Assembly: GCA_001643675.2 (NCBI GenBank)
Contig: LSRY02000024.1
Span: 310,001 to 374,000 of the forward strand
DNA from: Monocercomonoides exilis PA203
Taxonomy: Eukaryota; Protista; Preaxostyla
DNA length: 64,000 bases
Direction of reading: 5' to 3'
How positions within the stretch are numbered: position 1 is the first letter of the stretch; every line of letters begins with the position of its first letter. Both the position numbers and the translations under genes were made by a program. Of the stretch, positions 24,461 through 36,464 are shown in pieces. The notes beneath the pieces were generated by a model that was not told the origin of the DNA, ran no database searches, and saw only the letters and a list, made by a program, of their open reading frames with translations.

Positions 24461-27400
24461 TCATCCTGCTTTTATAATTCTCTTTATCCATTTCTTCACT
24501 TTCGCCAAACTCGGTCTGTCATTTGGCTCATCTGCCCACATGCTCTCGATCAGCTCAGCCAGATCTTCTCCTTCAATTCCTTCGATCAGCGGCCGCACCC
24601 CATCTCTCATCATTTCATGCGCTCCTTCTGCATCACATTCACTCAATGGCACTTCGCCCGTTGTCGTTTCCAACAGCATCAGTCCAAGTGTGAAAACAAC
24701 TGCCTTTTCGATTCCATCATCTTCATTTCCCGCTTCTGGTGCACTCCATCTCTTCATTTCTTCCTTCTGCTTTTCATCCTCTAATTCCTCTGCCAAAACA
24801 AATATTTCATTATTTCCTTCCTCAACAAAGATTGTATATGGACACAGCTGCCTCCCCATCATTCCCACCCTCTCGTCTCCAACTGATATCAAATGCTCAA
24901 ACAGCTCTGCCACAGCCAGCACCACCTCTTTCCCATCAATCACATCCATCGCTCTTGTGCCCAGTGTGAAATCCCCCTCAACTGAGTGAATCACTGAATG
25001 CAATGTTTTCAGGTTCTTTTTCTCCTTTTCTCGGAATGGCTTCTTTGCCGATATAACTTTCAATGAGTGTGATCGAGATATTCTTGAAACAGAAACAGAA
25101 ACATCCTCAGATCTTGGAGGAGGAAACCCAAAAACCAACAAATCATTTTCATTCATGATCTCATCATCATCATTGTTATCATCATCATCATCATTGCTTG
25201 TTGTTGGAGATTCAGATGAGTATTCTTCATCCTCGATCAATAACGGAATTTGGCTCGTCATCCCTTCCAGCAAAGTCGATGGCATCTCGATCATCTCAAA
25301 ACTTTCTCCTCTCTTTTCTCCGCTCTTCTCTCGCTTATTTATCGTTGTTCCCTCTTTATATCCCATTTCCTCCATTTCCTCCATTTTCTCAATTTTCTCA
25401 ATTTTCTCAATCACTTCGCTCAGCTTCTTTCGATGAATCACAACTGACACAACAAATACAAATACAAATATCAAAAACAGTGCTGCCATTATAACAAAAA
25501 CAATCACACTCCATTCATTGTTTCTTCCTCCTTTATTCATATTCCCATCTCCTTTTGATTCAGACTCACTCTTATTCACCACCACAATTCCATTCGAACA
25601 AGATGTTTTTCCTTTTCCAAACACAACGCACACACTCACTTCTGTTTTCTTCTCCATCTCTTTCAACACTTCAGATGAGATAACCGAATGCACCTCGCTT
25701 TCTGATGTATACCCATCTTCTGCAATCATGTTCGTGTGAGAAAGCTCAACATCTCCATCCTTCATGCTTATTTTCACCGACAGATTGCATGGAAGAAGCA
25801 ACTTCCCATGAATGATCAGTTCCATTTCTCCTGTTGACTGAGTTGTGTTCTTCACTTCTTCCAGAACTGGGATGAAAAATGATGATCCTCTTTCTGAAGC
25901 TATCCCTCCCAATTGACATCCCTCATCCAATATCCACAATGAAGAATTGTCCTTCCATCCATCTCCTCCTTTCACGCTCACAACACTCAATTCCCCATTC
26001 CCTGTGCAGATCGCATTCCTTCGAGCTGATGGATATCCCTCAACAGATGGATTGTTGTTCTCAAATTTGCTGTTTTCAATCTTCACACTCCCTCCACTCA
26101 TCCATAGCCCACCTGCCTTGCTGTTTCTGATTGTTGTTTCCCTCATCTCCACAATGCTGTTTTCAACATCAACCAATGACCCACTCCATTTACATAATCC
26201 CTCTTCTTTCATTCTTTCAACTTCTTTATTGAAAATTTCATCTTTTATTTCTCCATCAAATACACATGCTTCAACCCTCACATTCTTGGAATTCCTGATC
26301 TGCATCATGCTTCCCTTATCGACCGAATTCACACATTTCCAAAATGAGCTGTTCAACACACTCACTTCTGGATCGGTATCAGCCATTGCAATCACACATC
26401 TTTCTGACACGAGAGTTACATTCTCAATCATCATTTCTTTCATCTCCACTTTCGCTTTTCCCCTAACACTCACAACATCTCCCTCGGATTCTATATTCGA
26501 TATTCTTGTTTCAAGCAATGTCACGTTCGATTCTTTGTTGAATAAAAGCACCGATCTTGCAGAATGAATATCTCTTATTATTGTTTCCGATATCCTCAGC
26601 TCTCCACTTTCCACATTCACCATTGAACTGTTCAACTTCAGTTTATCAGAAGAAAAGAAGAATTCACATTTTTTGATTTCCATTGTTCCGTTCTTAACTT
26701 TCAAAAGGCAATTGTGAGTTGATTCAAATGTATCTTCAAGCTGGAATGAGCATCTCTCAATTGAGCTTTTATTTATTAACTCCATGATGCAATCCTTCTC
26801 TGCTGATTTCTCAATCTTAGATTTCAACCGAACAATCCCCTGTGTCTTTTTCAATGAATTCACAACCAGATCTCCAATCACACACTCATTCCTCACAAAC
26901 CCTTCTCCATCAATTAGAATCGCATTCATCAACCCTTCCTGAATGTGATCAGCCCCAATGTTGATGCTGGAACAAGGGTTGCTCTGTGCCCCACACCCCC
27001 TCCCATCACTCCCTCTCCCACTCACAAACACCTGTGCCGAATAATAGAATGTGATTAGCGGAATCAGATTAATTTCTGTCTCGCTCTCAATATCCCTCCC
27101 ACAGATGGAGTTGTTTGAGTTCAACGACTCCTGAGTGTAGTTCAACGCAAACAGCGATTCATTGATCTGATCTGCAATTGAGTGACATCTGACAAATATA
27201 TCTTTTCCCACATGTGCCTCATTCATTGCAAACAGGATATTCACAATCTTGAAATTCAGAGATGGAATTTGATTATCTTCTGCACAATTCGCATTCGAGT
27301 CTGCTCCATCAATAAACAGTCCTCCTCCTCGCCCTGTTTCAGTCGAGCATTTGCACATCGAAAATGAGCTGTCATTCACTTTCAAAGCTGATTCTCCACT

Positions 27401-30400
27401 CTTCAGCACCACTTTCATTCCTCCTCCTTCAGTGCTCAAATCGCTCCTGCATATGGACATTGTGCAGTCTTCAATCGTGCAATCTATCGCATTCTCAAAC
27501 GATCCCAATTCAATAACGTTTGCACTGCTTCCTTCGTTCTTGATGGTTTCAAACGAACAGTACACAACTTTCAACACAGGCTTGTTTTCATTCAAATGAA
27601 TATTTTCCTTTTCATTCATCAGGTTTTCCTCTTCCGTCATCGAAATCAGACTATTTTCTTTCAAAGTGGCTGATGAAATGTTCACATTCCGAATCGTCAC
27701 CTGGCTCGCACTTGGACTGAATGCAATGAATCCTTTCAATTCATTGATCTTATTCAACGTGCAGCTCTGAATTGCTGCGCTCCCTCCGTTCACTTTTATC
27801 ACGCAATATGCAAAACTTTCAACCGTCCCACTCGATGACCCAAATGAGCAGTCTGTGACTGACAATACTGTATTTGTTCCTGACGATTCAATAAAAATTG
27901 CATGATTGCTGGTAATTCTGGGTTTGGTAAATGATAAATTGAAAAATGACAGACTCACATTCGATGATATCATTGCACCACTGCTGACAGCATTTCCGTC
28001 TTCATCAGTAATTGTCACGCTTGTCCCTTTCTTTGTTCCTTTTATCGCAACTGCTGGTGCTTCTGAATCTGGCAAAGTTGGCAACGAAGACAAGAATGAT
28101 ATGGAATGGCTCAGCAACCCTGAATCCCCAATGCTGATCTGGGATTCGCCTTTTCCAAGTGGCTCATATCTCAGTGATATCAAGTGCTCAATTGATGAAC
28201 ATGGTGCTTCGGAATACCCACACCCACTGAAGTCTCCTCCTTTCTCTCTCGAAACAAACCCATCCCCGCTCCAGTTTCTCCACAAATACACAACCAATGG
28301 AATCGCATATCCCTCCTCTCCTGTTGTCATCCTCTCCCAGCCACACAACTCATCCAACGATCTCAACTCCTCTGAACTCATCTCCCATTTCAAGTGCTCC
28401 TTCTTCACAATCTCTCTCATATCCCATCCAGATATAAACACATTCTTCCCTTTCCATGCACTGCACCCAACAAATGTCATTTCTTCCATCACAAATGATC
28501 CAATTGTATTTGCCAGCTTTATAAACATCCCTCCTCCAATTCCTCTTCCCTCATCTTCTCTATCTGCTGTTGGCACTTCACATTCAGACAAAATCACATT
28601 TTTCATCTCCAACCTTCCTCTGTCCCCAACTGATATCATCATTCCTCCTCCTCTTCCTTCACTTCTCCCTGAACCCTTTGCCTCACACCCATCAATCACA
28701 CAACTCCCATTCACAACAACATTCCCTTCCCCTTTCACAACAACACTCATCCCTCCCCCTCTTCCACAAACGCAGCTGCACCTCTTAACAGCACACGTCT
28801 CAATCACAATTATCCCATTCCTTCCTTCCCCTCTTTCTGCTCCAACCACTCCACTCACCCATCCCCCATCTCCATTTCTCTTCTCAATGTTGTTGATATC
28901 GCATCCACAAAACACAACTGATTCCACCCCTTCAACAAGCTCAATCAACGAATGTTCAGAAAATATCAAACTTTCTCTGATAGACAATCGCTCCACTTTC
29001 ATTTCCCTCCCAATCACCTTCACAAAACTGTATCCAATCAATTGGCCAAAGGCACTATCTGGCGAACAAACAACTGAACAGTCTGCGAGAGTGAAGAGTG
29101 AGGAGTTGGAAGAAATCAGAGATGGTGCACCAGACAGAGCAGACGGAATGCTAAATCTGATGTTTCTTATCGAACATTTGCTCTGGATATCAATCAAGAA
29201 AAAAGAATGAAAATTCTCTGGTGCTTTCACACCAACTTCCATCCCTTTTGTGGCACATGAGATCTCCCATTCACAGCCATCTCTCATGGCAACCTCTTCC
29301 ACAAGCTCAAATCCAATATCCAGCTCAATCTTCTTGTTTGTATCTGAAAATCGCACCTGTGCAGTGTAGGTGATGGTGGCACACGGATAATAGTCAAACC
29401 CACAGAACCACGAGTCGTATCCACCCAGCCCATCTTTCATCTTCCCCACATGTGCTGCATCTGGATATCTGTCCAAATACACATTCAGTGGGAGCAGCCC
29501 CATTGTTGTGTCACTCCGATCATATCCCACAATCTCATTGTATTTCGAATTGTCATGTTGGACATCCAGCTTTTCTGTTGTTATTGCCCAGTTCACTGAA
29601 TTGCTCCCATTCACAAACAGAGAGTTCCCTCCCAATGCCGCAGTGCATCCTGCAAAATCCACAGAAACAATTGAGAAGTCTTCCGAGCCATAAGCCAGAT
29701 GCAGCATCATCCCCCCTCCATATCCACTGCTCCTGCATCTGTACAATTTTGCTGTTCCTCCTGTGTGCAACGATGAAGCTCCAACTCGCAGCTTGCTTGA
29801 ATCTGTTTCCAATTCCATCTTCATCCCACCCCCATTTCCATCCTCGCACACACATCCTTCCATCGTTGCATTCCACACAGCAAATGTCTCTCTTTTTTCC
29901 ACTGTCTTTGCCACCACCACCCCATCTCCGCCTGTCAGCTTCACATTCCGAACTGTCACATTCGCCAGAATGCTCTCTCTCGATGCTGTGGCTTTCAGAA
30001 ACTGCGTGGATGAAGACAATGAAGAGGATGAAAAAGATGAAGAGGATGAAAAAGATGATGACAGATCAGGCTCAGTGAACAAGGATTTTGAGATTTTCAT
30101 ATCCTTGATCTCCACGTCAGCCATCGAAAGCTGCGACAGCGGCACCTCAAATACTGACGAAGACATCACATTGTCTCCTGTTTTACTCGTGGTGATCACA
30201 ACATCCTCCAGCGAGATAAACCCATCTCCATCAGACACCACAACCACACTCGGCGAAGAAGGATTTGCATTTGAGTTGCAATCAACCTTCAACTGACTCA
30301 TTCCCAAATGACCTGTTGTAACACTGAACAGTGCTCCTGGTGATGATGATGATGAAATGGTTTTCATTCCAATCGCACTTAATCCCCTTCCTTTTCCAAT

Positions 30401-32431
30401 GATTGAAATCTTCTTTTCCCCAATCTCAATTGTTGTTTTCTCGCTTGTGTGATCTCCTTCCATCAAAATGACTTTCAGCTTGATTTCCAGAAAATAATTG
30501 TCTGCAACAAATCCGATTGTCTTGCAAGGCCTTGCCATTCTTATTCCACACCACTTATCTGAGTCGTCTCCAGCTACTCCAACAAATTGGTCTTTCACCC
30601 CCTCCTTCAGCCAATCCTTCTTTTGTATTTCTGGATGGCTACCTGTCAAACAGCACACTCGATATTCATCCGTATTTGTGGTGTAACATTCATGAAACCG
30701 ATTATTAGATGAGAAGAGATTGTAATAATCTTCTATAAACACATCATGTCCATATGGTGTGGAATTAGTGCATATGCATTCATGGAAAAAAAGAAAATAA
30801 AAAAATAAAGAATCGTTTTGAGCGATCAAATGATGCGGACACAAGCACAATCCTCCACCATATGAAGTTGCTGAACATGAAAAAAACAGAATGCTCCTCA
30901 TTTTGAATGTTGTTGGAATATCATCGCAAAACACACCACCACCTGTTCTATCCATCAGCGAGCATGAAGAGAAATTGCACTCAAATATGCATGCACTCTC
31001 TCCTTCTCCCTTTTCTTCTCCAATGCATCCTCTTTCGGGAGCATAGGAATAAACAAGACGAAGACCTCCTCCCGCTCTATCAGCTTTGCAATTCTGAAAG
31101 TCACATCCACTGATCCTAACACATGTTGAAATCGATATAATGAACATTCCACCCCCATATCCATTTTTGCAAATGCAACAATTAAAAGTGCTGCTTTCAA
31201 TAGTTGCTGTTTTGATTGAATAACATTCTATCCCCCCACCACAAAAAAATGAGGAGCAGTTGTTGAACACACAATGAGAAACAGACACAGAGGCATTTGA
31301 TTGTCCGTATATGAAAATAGCACCACCGTTCGAAGTGCCATCAGAATATGAATAGCCGTTTCCTGATGCATACGATCCGTTCCATACGCACCAAAGGAAT
31401 GAATTTGTTCCATTATCTGTTGTGTTTTTTCTCCCTGGCCTTAATGGTGCCTCTGCAGTTCCAGTGAAATTAGCATTTCTTGTCCGACAGCATCCAATGA
31501 ATGAGGTGTTCGATGCAGTTAAGGAAGCCAAAGGGTAATTGAGGGAAGGAACAATTCCGCCATCATACACATCGCAAACAGATGTGAATGAGCAGCTGCT
31601 CATCAAACATGAGGTTTGGGATGAGGAAGTGGTTGAAGGTGAACATGCATCATTTGCTGTTGAAATGTTGAAAAATGTCAAATGAGAGAGGGATATAAAG
31701 GGTGTTGAAGGTGATGAGAGGAATGGGATTGATGAGACACAAAAAGATGAGAAGTGTGATTCGCTCACTGAAATACTCCCTTCTCCTTCATCGCTCCCTC
31801 CAAACAGCCTTCCAGAATATATCTCTCCCCATCTTCCCCACCCCTTCAATGTGATATTCGTTAATATCCCAATACACCCACAAAGATCAAATGCCCCTGC
31901 CTCATTGCCCTTCCCCATCCCCACAACACACCCCCTCACCACAACCACGCTTCCCCTCCTTCCGTGCACCACACTCCCACACTCACCCCCAGCCAGCCCA
32001 ATCTCCTTCAACTCAACGGATGAGTTTGATGCACAAATGCATCCCTCAATCTTGCTTTTTATATGATCTTTTAACATTTCTTTAAAAAGGTGCATCCGAT
32101 AATTACTTGATATTTCTGGTTCAAAAGTCCGATAATATCTTTTGTTTTCCTTCACATCATGCTGCAAATTGTGTTTTTCGTATTTTCCTTCAATTTCAGT
32201 GTTTCCAACTCTGATGCTCGGTTGGAAAGTGTTCATGTATTGCAATAAATTATTATAATACACTTTATGCTCTGATGAATTTTTAAGACAACTGTGCACC
32301 AGAGGATGAACAAATATTTTCTCGTTTTCGCACTCTTCATCGTGTTGTTGTTCGATGAAATGTTCGGTTGACTGGGAATCACCGATATAAGTGTATGCAA
32401 GAACTGTAAAAAGAATAACTGTTGATCGCAT
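24461..32431 (-). CDS. 2656-aa type-I membrane protein: signal peptide, pectin-lyase-like parallel beta-helix repeats, TM helix, C-terminal kinase-like (pseudokinase) domain
   Basis: Intronless ORF with repeated FxxC...GGG[AG][IML] units and CG...PCxxI modules. TM is VIVFVIMAALFLIFVFVFVVSVVI. The C-terminus has RWSAPE, VFTLGLMLLE, GEVP and WADEPNDRPS (kinase C-lobe), but no HRD or DFG. Confidence 0.88.
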   Translation of the reverse strand: MRSTVILFTVLAYTYIGDSQSTEHFIEQQHDEECENEKIFVHPLVHSCLKNSSEHKVYYNNLLQYMNTFQPSIRVGNTEIEGKYEKHNLQHDVKENKRYYRTFEPEISSNYRMHLFKEMLKDHIKSKIEGCICASNSSVELKEIGLAGGECGSVVHGRRGSVVVVRGCVVGMGKGNEAGAFDLCGCIGILTNITLKGWGRWGEIYSGRLFGGSDEGEGSISVSESHFSSFCVSSIPFLSSPSTPFISLSHLTFFNISTANDACSPSTTSSSQTSCLMSSCSFTSVCDVYDGGIVPSLNYPLASLTASNTSFIGCCRTRNANFTGTAEAPLRPGRKNTTDNGTNSFLWCVWNGSYASGNGYSYSDGTSNGGAIFIYGQSNASVSVSHCVFNNCSSFFCGGGIECYSIKTATIESSTFNCCICKNGYGGGMFIISISTCVRISGCDFQNCKADRAGGGLRLVYSYAPERGCIGEEKGEGESACIFECNFSSCSLMDRTGGGVFCDDIPTTFKMRSILFFSCSATSYGGGLCLCPHHLIAQNDSLFFYFLFFHECICTNSTPYGHDVFIEDYYNLFSSNNRFHECYTTNTDEYRVCCLTGSHPEIQKKDWLKEGVKDQFVGVAGDDSDKWCGIRMARPCKTIGFVADNYFLEIKLKVILMEGDHTSEKTTIEIGEKKISIIGKGRGLSAIGMKTISSSSSPGALFSVTTGHLGMSQLKVDCNSNANPSSPSVVVVSDGDGFISLEDVVITTSKTGDNVMSSSVFEVPLSQLSMADVEIKDMKISKSLFTEPDLSSSFSSSSSFSSSSLSSSTQFLKATASRESILANVTVRNVKLTGGDGVVVAKTVEKRETFAVWNATMEGCVCEDGNGGGMKMELETDSSKLRVGASSLHTGGTAKLYRCRSSGYGGGMMLHLAYGSEDFSIVSVDFAGCTAALGGNSLFVNGSNSVNWAITTEKLDVQHDNSKYNEIVGYDRSDTTMGLLPLNVYLDRYPDAAHVGKMKDGLGGYDSWFCGFDYYPCATITYTAQVRFSDTNKKIELDIGFELVEEVAMRDGCEWEISCATKGMEVGVKAPENFHSFFLIDIQSKCSIRNIRFSIPSALSGAPSLISSNSSLFTLADCSVVCSPDSAFGQLIGYSFVKVIGREMKVERLSIRESLIFSEHSLIELVEGVESVVFCGCDINNIEKRNGDGGWVSGVVGAERGEGRNGIIVIETCAVKRCSCVCGRGGGMSVVVKGEGNVVVNGSCVIDGCEAKGSGRSEGRGGGMMISVGDRGRLEMKNVILSECEVPTADREDEGRGIGGGMFIKLANTIGSFVMEEMTFVGCSAWKGKNVFISGWDMREIVKKEHLKWEMSSEELRSLDELCGWERMTTGEEGYAIPLVVYLWRNWSGDGFVSREKGGDFSGCGYSEAPCSSIEHLISLRYEPLGKGESQISIGDSGLLSHSISFLSSLPTLPDSEAPAVAIKGTKKGTSVTITDEDGNAVSSGAMISSNVSLSFFNLSFTKPRITSNHAIFIESSGTNTVLSVTDCSFGSSSGTVESFAYCVIKVNGGSAAIQSCTLNKINELKGFIAFSPSASQVTIRNVNISSATLKENSLISMTEEENLMNEKENIHLNENKPVLKVVYCSFETIKNEGSSANVIELGSFENAIDCTIEDCTMSICRSDLSTEGGGMKVVLKSGESALKVNDSSFSMCKCSTETGRGGGLFIDGADSNANCAEDNQIPSLNFKIVNILFAMNEAHVGKDIFVRCHSIADQINESLFALNYTQESLNSNNSICGRDIESETEINLIPLITFYYSAQVFVSGRGSDGRGCGAQSNPCSSINIGADHIQEGLMNAILIDGEGFVRNECVIGDLVVNSLKKTQGIVRLKSKIEKSAEKDCIMELINKSSIERCSFQLEDTFESTHNCLLKVKNGTMEIKKCEFFFSSDKLKLNSSMVNVESGELRISETIIRDIHSARSVLLFNKESNVTLLETRISNIESEGDVVSVRGKAKVEMKEMMIENVTLVSERCVIAMADTDPEVSVLNSSFWKCVNSVDKGSMMQIRNSKNVRVEACVFDGEIKDEIFNKEVERMKEEGLCKWSGSLVDVENSIVEMRETTIRNSKAGGLWMSGGSVKIENSKFENNNPSVEGYPSARRNAICTGNGELSVVSVKGGDGWKDNSSLWILDEGCQLGGIASERGSSFFIPVLEEVKNTTQSTGEMELIIHGKLLLPCNLSVKISMKDGDVELSHTNMIAEDGYTSESEVHSVISSEVLKEMEKKTEVSVCVVFGKGKTSCSNGIVVVNKSESESKGDGNMNKGGRNNEWSVIVFVIMAALFLIFVFVFVVSVVIHRKKLSEVIEKIEKIEKMEEMEEMGYKEGTTINKREKSGEKRGESFEMIEMPSTLLEGMTSQIPLLIEDEEYSSESPTTSNDDDDDNNDDDEIMNENDLLVFGFPPPRSEDVSVSVSRISRSHSLKVISAKKPFREKEKKNLKTLHSVIHSVEGDFTLGTRAMDVIDGKEVVLAVAELFEHLISVGDERVGMMGRQLCPYTIFVEEGNNEIFVLAEELEDEKQKEEMKRWSAPEAGNEDDGIEKAVVFTLGLMLLETTTGEVPLSECDAEGAHEMMRDGVRPLIEGIEGEDLAELIESMWADEPNDRPSLAKVKKWIKRIIKAG

Positions 32432-35095
32432 CTCTAACGCTTAATCAATGAAACGAAGAAAAGTTGTTTTTGAGCATTTATTAAGGGCTACAATCAAAAA
32501 AAAATATTCAAATTTCAGAAATTCTTAAAAAACAATAACAGTTTGTGCTATTATAATATATAAGAAAAACATTTTTATTTCAAACAACATGTTTGAGATT
32601 TAGAAATACAAAATTGTTTGTTATTTTGATAAATCTTTAAAAATCTTCTAAATATCACAATCATCCCAAAAAATTTCCAAACGCTCTCAAACAAATTAAT
32701 TTATTTTTAATTATTCTGGAAAAGCAAGGAAATTTTGAATCAATTCTTGTGTGCATGGTGGAAAAGGGTTTTTGAGAAATAACAAAGTGATGGTGAATCT
32801 GTTTTTTTCAGTTGAAGACAAATTTTCATTTTGAGTGCAAAACTTCTCATTCAAAATCACATTTGGTGAGCTTCTTCAGAAATATTATTTTTTGTTAAAG
32901 CGTGCGTGAAACAAAAATCACACAACATTCATTATTCACAGAGAAGGATAACAAAATCATAACTGCAAAGCAGAACACAAAATATTGAATACAAAAGTTT
33001 CGATTGGGAAAATAAAAACAAGAACAAAAGCAAAAACAATTTCAACAGAAATCAACTCAAAAAGATTCCACCTGCTAATTCATAAAACATGAACCACAAA
33101 TTCACAATTCAAAAAATAAAAAATACATTTCCATGATAAAAATCTCAATCAAAAGAAGTCGTTTCAACTTTTATCAAAAAATGAAAACAAAAAAGAAAAA
33201 GGAAAAAGAAAAGAAAGCATTCGATAACAGATTCTCTCGCTTTGTTTGGATTCAGCCAAAAGGAAGAAATGTGGAAGAAGAGAATAAATGTGGTTGAGTG
33301 TTGTTGGGAGGAGAAGGAGGAGAAGGAAGAGAGGGAGGAGAAGGAGGCTTCAAAGTTGGCACAGAAAGGTCTGAAGAATGGCTGGCTGGAGGCACAATGT
33401 AGTATGTTGGTATCGACGAATCAAAAGAACTCTGCGACGAAGAGAAGAATATCGAAGGCGATGAAGAAGAAGAAAAAGAGGAAGAAAAAGAAGAAGGGGT
33501 TGATGAAGAAGAAGAAGAAGAAGAAGAAGTACGAAAACATGAAGAAGGAAAAGTTAATGAAGATAATGATTTGATAATTGAAGCAAACAAAGTGGAGCAG
33601 CTGAAGAAGAAAGGAATATTCATGTTTCTGTGCTTGAAGGATATGACTCTTCGGAATATGTGCTTGGAAAGCAACAAAATTCAACGAGATTGCGGATGAG
33701 GAAGATAAACCCTGATGAAAACTAATTGAATGAGTTGGCTGTGCTTCAACAGCGAAGAGGAGGAAGACGGATGGAAAGGTTGGCATTCATTCGTCAATGC
33801 TCGTGCAGTGGGTGAATGGACTTCTGGAATGCATTCTTTGATACCCAAGGCACAAAATTCAATGGGTCATGCACTGACATAGAAGCTGAGCGAAATAATG
33901 ACTTTGTTGTAAAACAAATGAAGAAAACAAAAACCATCAAATCCCCTTTCATCGGCTGTGGCTTCGAAGAAAGCAAACTTCGAATGATAATCACATTGCT
34001 TGCTCAAAATGGCTGTCCTTTCGAAGAATGAAATCCAGATGCGATTGGACAGAATGCTGTTTGATTGCCAACAAATATTTGATAATTGGATGTCTCGTAG
34101 TTGGAGTTTCTCCACTTTTTCGAAGCAAAAGCAAAATCAGAAATAGAATTTCATCGCTTCCATGTCTGTCTGGCACAGTCTGAGAAACAGGAAAACCTTA
34201 TAAATAAAATTGATATTTTTGGGTTTTCCTTTTTTTCGTTGAATTCTTGCCTTTTTTTGTGATTAATATCCTTCCCCTTGGTTGGCAAGCAACTTTCCTG
34301 CACAAAAATACCGCAGACAGCTTCATTGCCTTATGTTCCTAAATTCTATATAATTTTGTGCAGATTTTGGCCTTCACAGAATTCCATCCATAAATCTTCA
34401 TTCAAATCATGAAAAATCAAACTTGCCTTTATCTTTTATTCCAATCGAAAATTATAAAAATCATGTATCTTGCACACATTCCTTCATTTCCCAATTGCCA
34501 TATAACAATCTGCTCCATTCCCATATTTATGCACTGTAAAGCGGAAATTGGCCATTTTAACAATAACTCATATTCCTGGGCTTTGGAAAGGTCACAATTG
34601 GAAATATCTTCGCTACCAATAGAACAATATAAAATACACATATACAGATGCCTTTATTCAAAAAATAACATGATGCATTTTCTTGTTCATCAAATTTTCA
34701 AAAATTGTCTGACAGAATTCCATATTATTGCATCTCCATCATTTCCAGCTGTCATCATAGGAAATGATATTTCAAATTCAATAGGTAATGTTCATTCACG
34801 TATTCTCGATCTATGGATAAATATTTCATTTCAAAGAAAACTATTCGATCATTGAATCCATAACAACAATCATTGAAATACAAAACCTTTTTAATCTTTT
34901 AATAACCAACAAAAAATACAAATGCATAGAATGACAGTGTGAACGCTCATATGAATATGACAATTTTGAGATTTAATTATTCGCCAATTTCATCTATCCA
35001 AACATATGCGAATTCAATGCGAATATGAAAATATGTTGTTTTCTGGCTGCAATACATTTTAAAAAAGCAGATAATGAGTGTTGCAAAAGGATTCA

Positions 35096-36464
35096 ATGGT
35101 TAGCACTTATTATTGCACTTGAATTCTAACTTATTCCGATTTGGACTGGTTTTTTTTTTCAGAATTGCTCCACGAATTGAAGCATTGCACTGACTCTGAG
35201 CAGAAACAGAAAATTGAAGAAATGGACGAAATAATTGATGGAATGAATAAAGAAGAATTTGAATCTATTTTTACAATAGAGCTGTTCAATAAAATAGACA
35301 GAATGCTAAAGGAAAAGAAAATATCAATGAGAATTGCAGTTGGGTTATTGAAGCACATTGGATATTGCAAAGTGCTGAAAAGAATTTGGATCAGGGGTTT
35401 TGAAGAATATTCGCTGAATAAAAGCATTGAGAACATGATAATTGAAGAAGAAAAGAAAAAAGAAGAAAGGAATGAAAAGCTTCTTGTTGATCTTTGCGAA
35501 TGCACTGTTTTGCTTTACAGAAAGAATTCTTCGGAATTGTTTTCAATTTGCGTGTTCCGTCTTTTCAAAGCTGCTTTGAACAAGGAGAAAAACGAAGAAG
35601 CATAAAAAGAAGTGGAAATTGCTTTGCTGGCGTTGAGCAATATTGCGATGTGGAAGGTCAGATTTATTTTTTGACATGTTTTTGGATTTTATTTTTAATT
35701 TTTATTAGTTTATCGAACAAAATCTGTACTTGAAGGAAATCAAAGAAATTATCGAATATCATCAGAAATGTGGCAATCTGACGCAACTTGCGTATCAGTC
35801 AGCTTGGCAGTTTTTGATAAACAGATTGTATGAAGATAATAGCTTGAAAGAAGTGATTGTGAATGAGCTGCATTTTGGAAGAGAGGCAGTAAGAGAACTG
35901 GAAGAGCTCAGGGGAAATGTGGATTGGAAGAGAAAAGAAGAGGAGAAAGAAGAAAGGAGAAAAGATAAAAAAAAAGAGCTTATTATATTGAGATGGCTGG
36001 GAACCTTGGAACAAAATTTTATCTTTTTCAAATTGTGGAATGCAGAATTTGTTTGGCTGATTGGTAGCATGACAAGGTTGTCCAGAGCATCAAGGGATAA
36101 TTACGGAGAAATTAATAAGCAATGCTTTGCGTTGTTTAAAAGTACAACAAACAGATTTGAAACAGTTGAAGAGTTGATGAAAGGAGGAGCTGTTGATGAC
36201 GTTTTGGAGGAAATTAAGCAGCCAACATTGGACAATAGACTCTCATTAAATATCTTAAAATTTTTTCTCAATTTATTGAGGAAATTGAAAGATGAAATGG
36301 AAGAAGTGAAAAGAAAAGCAACAATAAGAAAGGCTTTTGAAAAAATGGAAGAAGAAGGATACGAAGATGAAATCACAAGCTTTCATGAAACATTTGATTT
36401 TTTTAACAGAAAATATTACTATTGTTTATCATTGAATATTTCTGATTTTTTTGTGAATGTGTAA
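35096..36464 (+). pseudogene. Same helical family, copy 3 (intron ~35657-35708); premature TAA at 35603-35605
   Basis: FSELLHELKHCTDSEQKQKIEEM...EEA*KEVEIALLALS, then YHQKCGNLTQLAYQSAW...KMEEEGYED. Confidence 0.8.

Noticed and set aside
27906-29210. 434-aa plus-strand ORF and other ORFs overlapping the 2656-aa gene
   Set aside because: Antisense shadows with no motifs of their own.
33240-34860. Fragmentary ORFs rich in Glu/Lys
   Set aside because: Likely pseudogene debris; no family could be assigned from the sequence alone.
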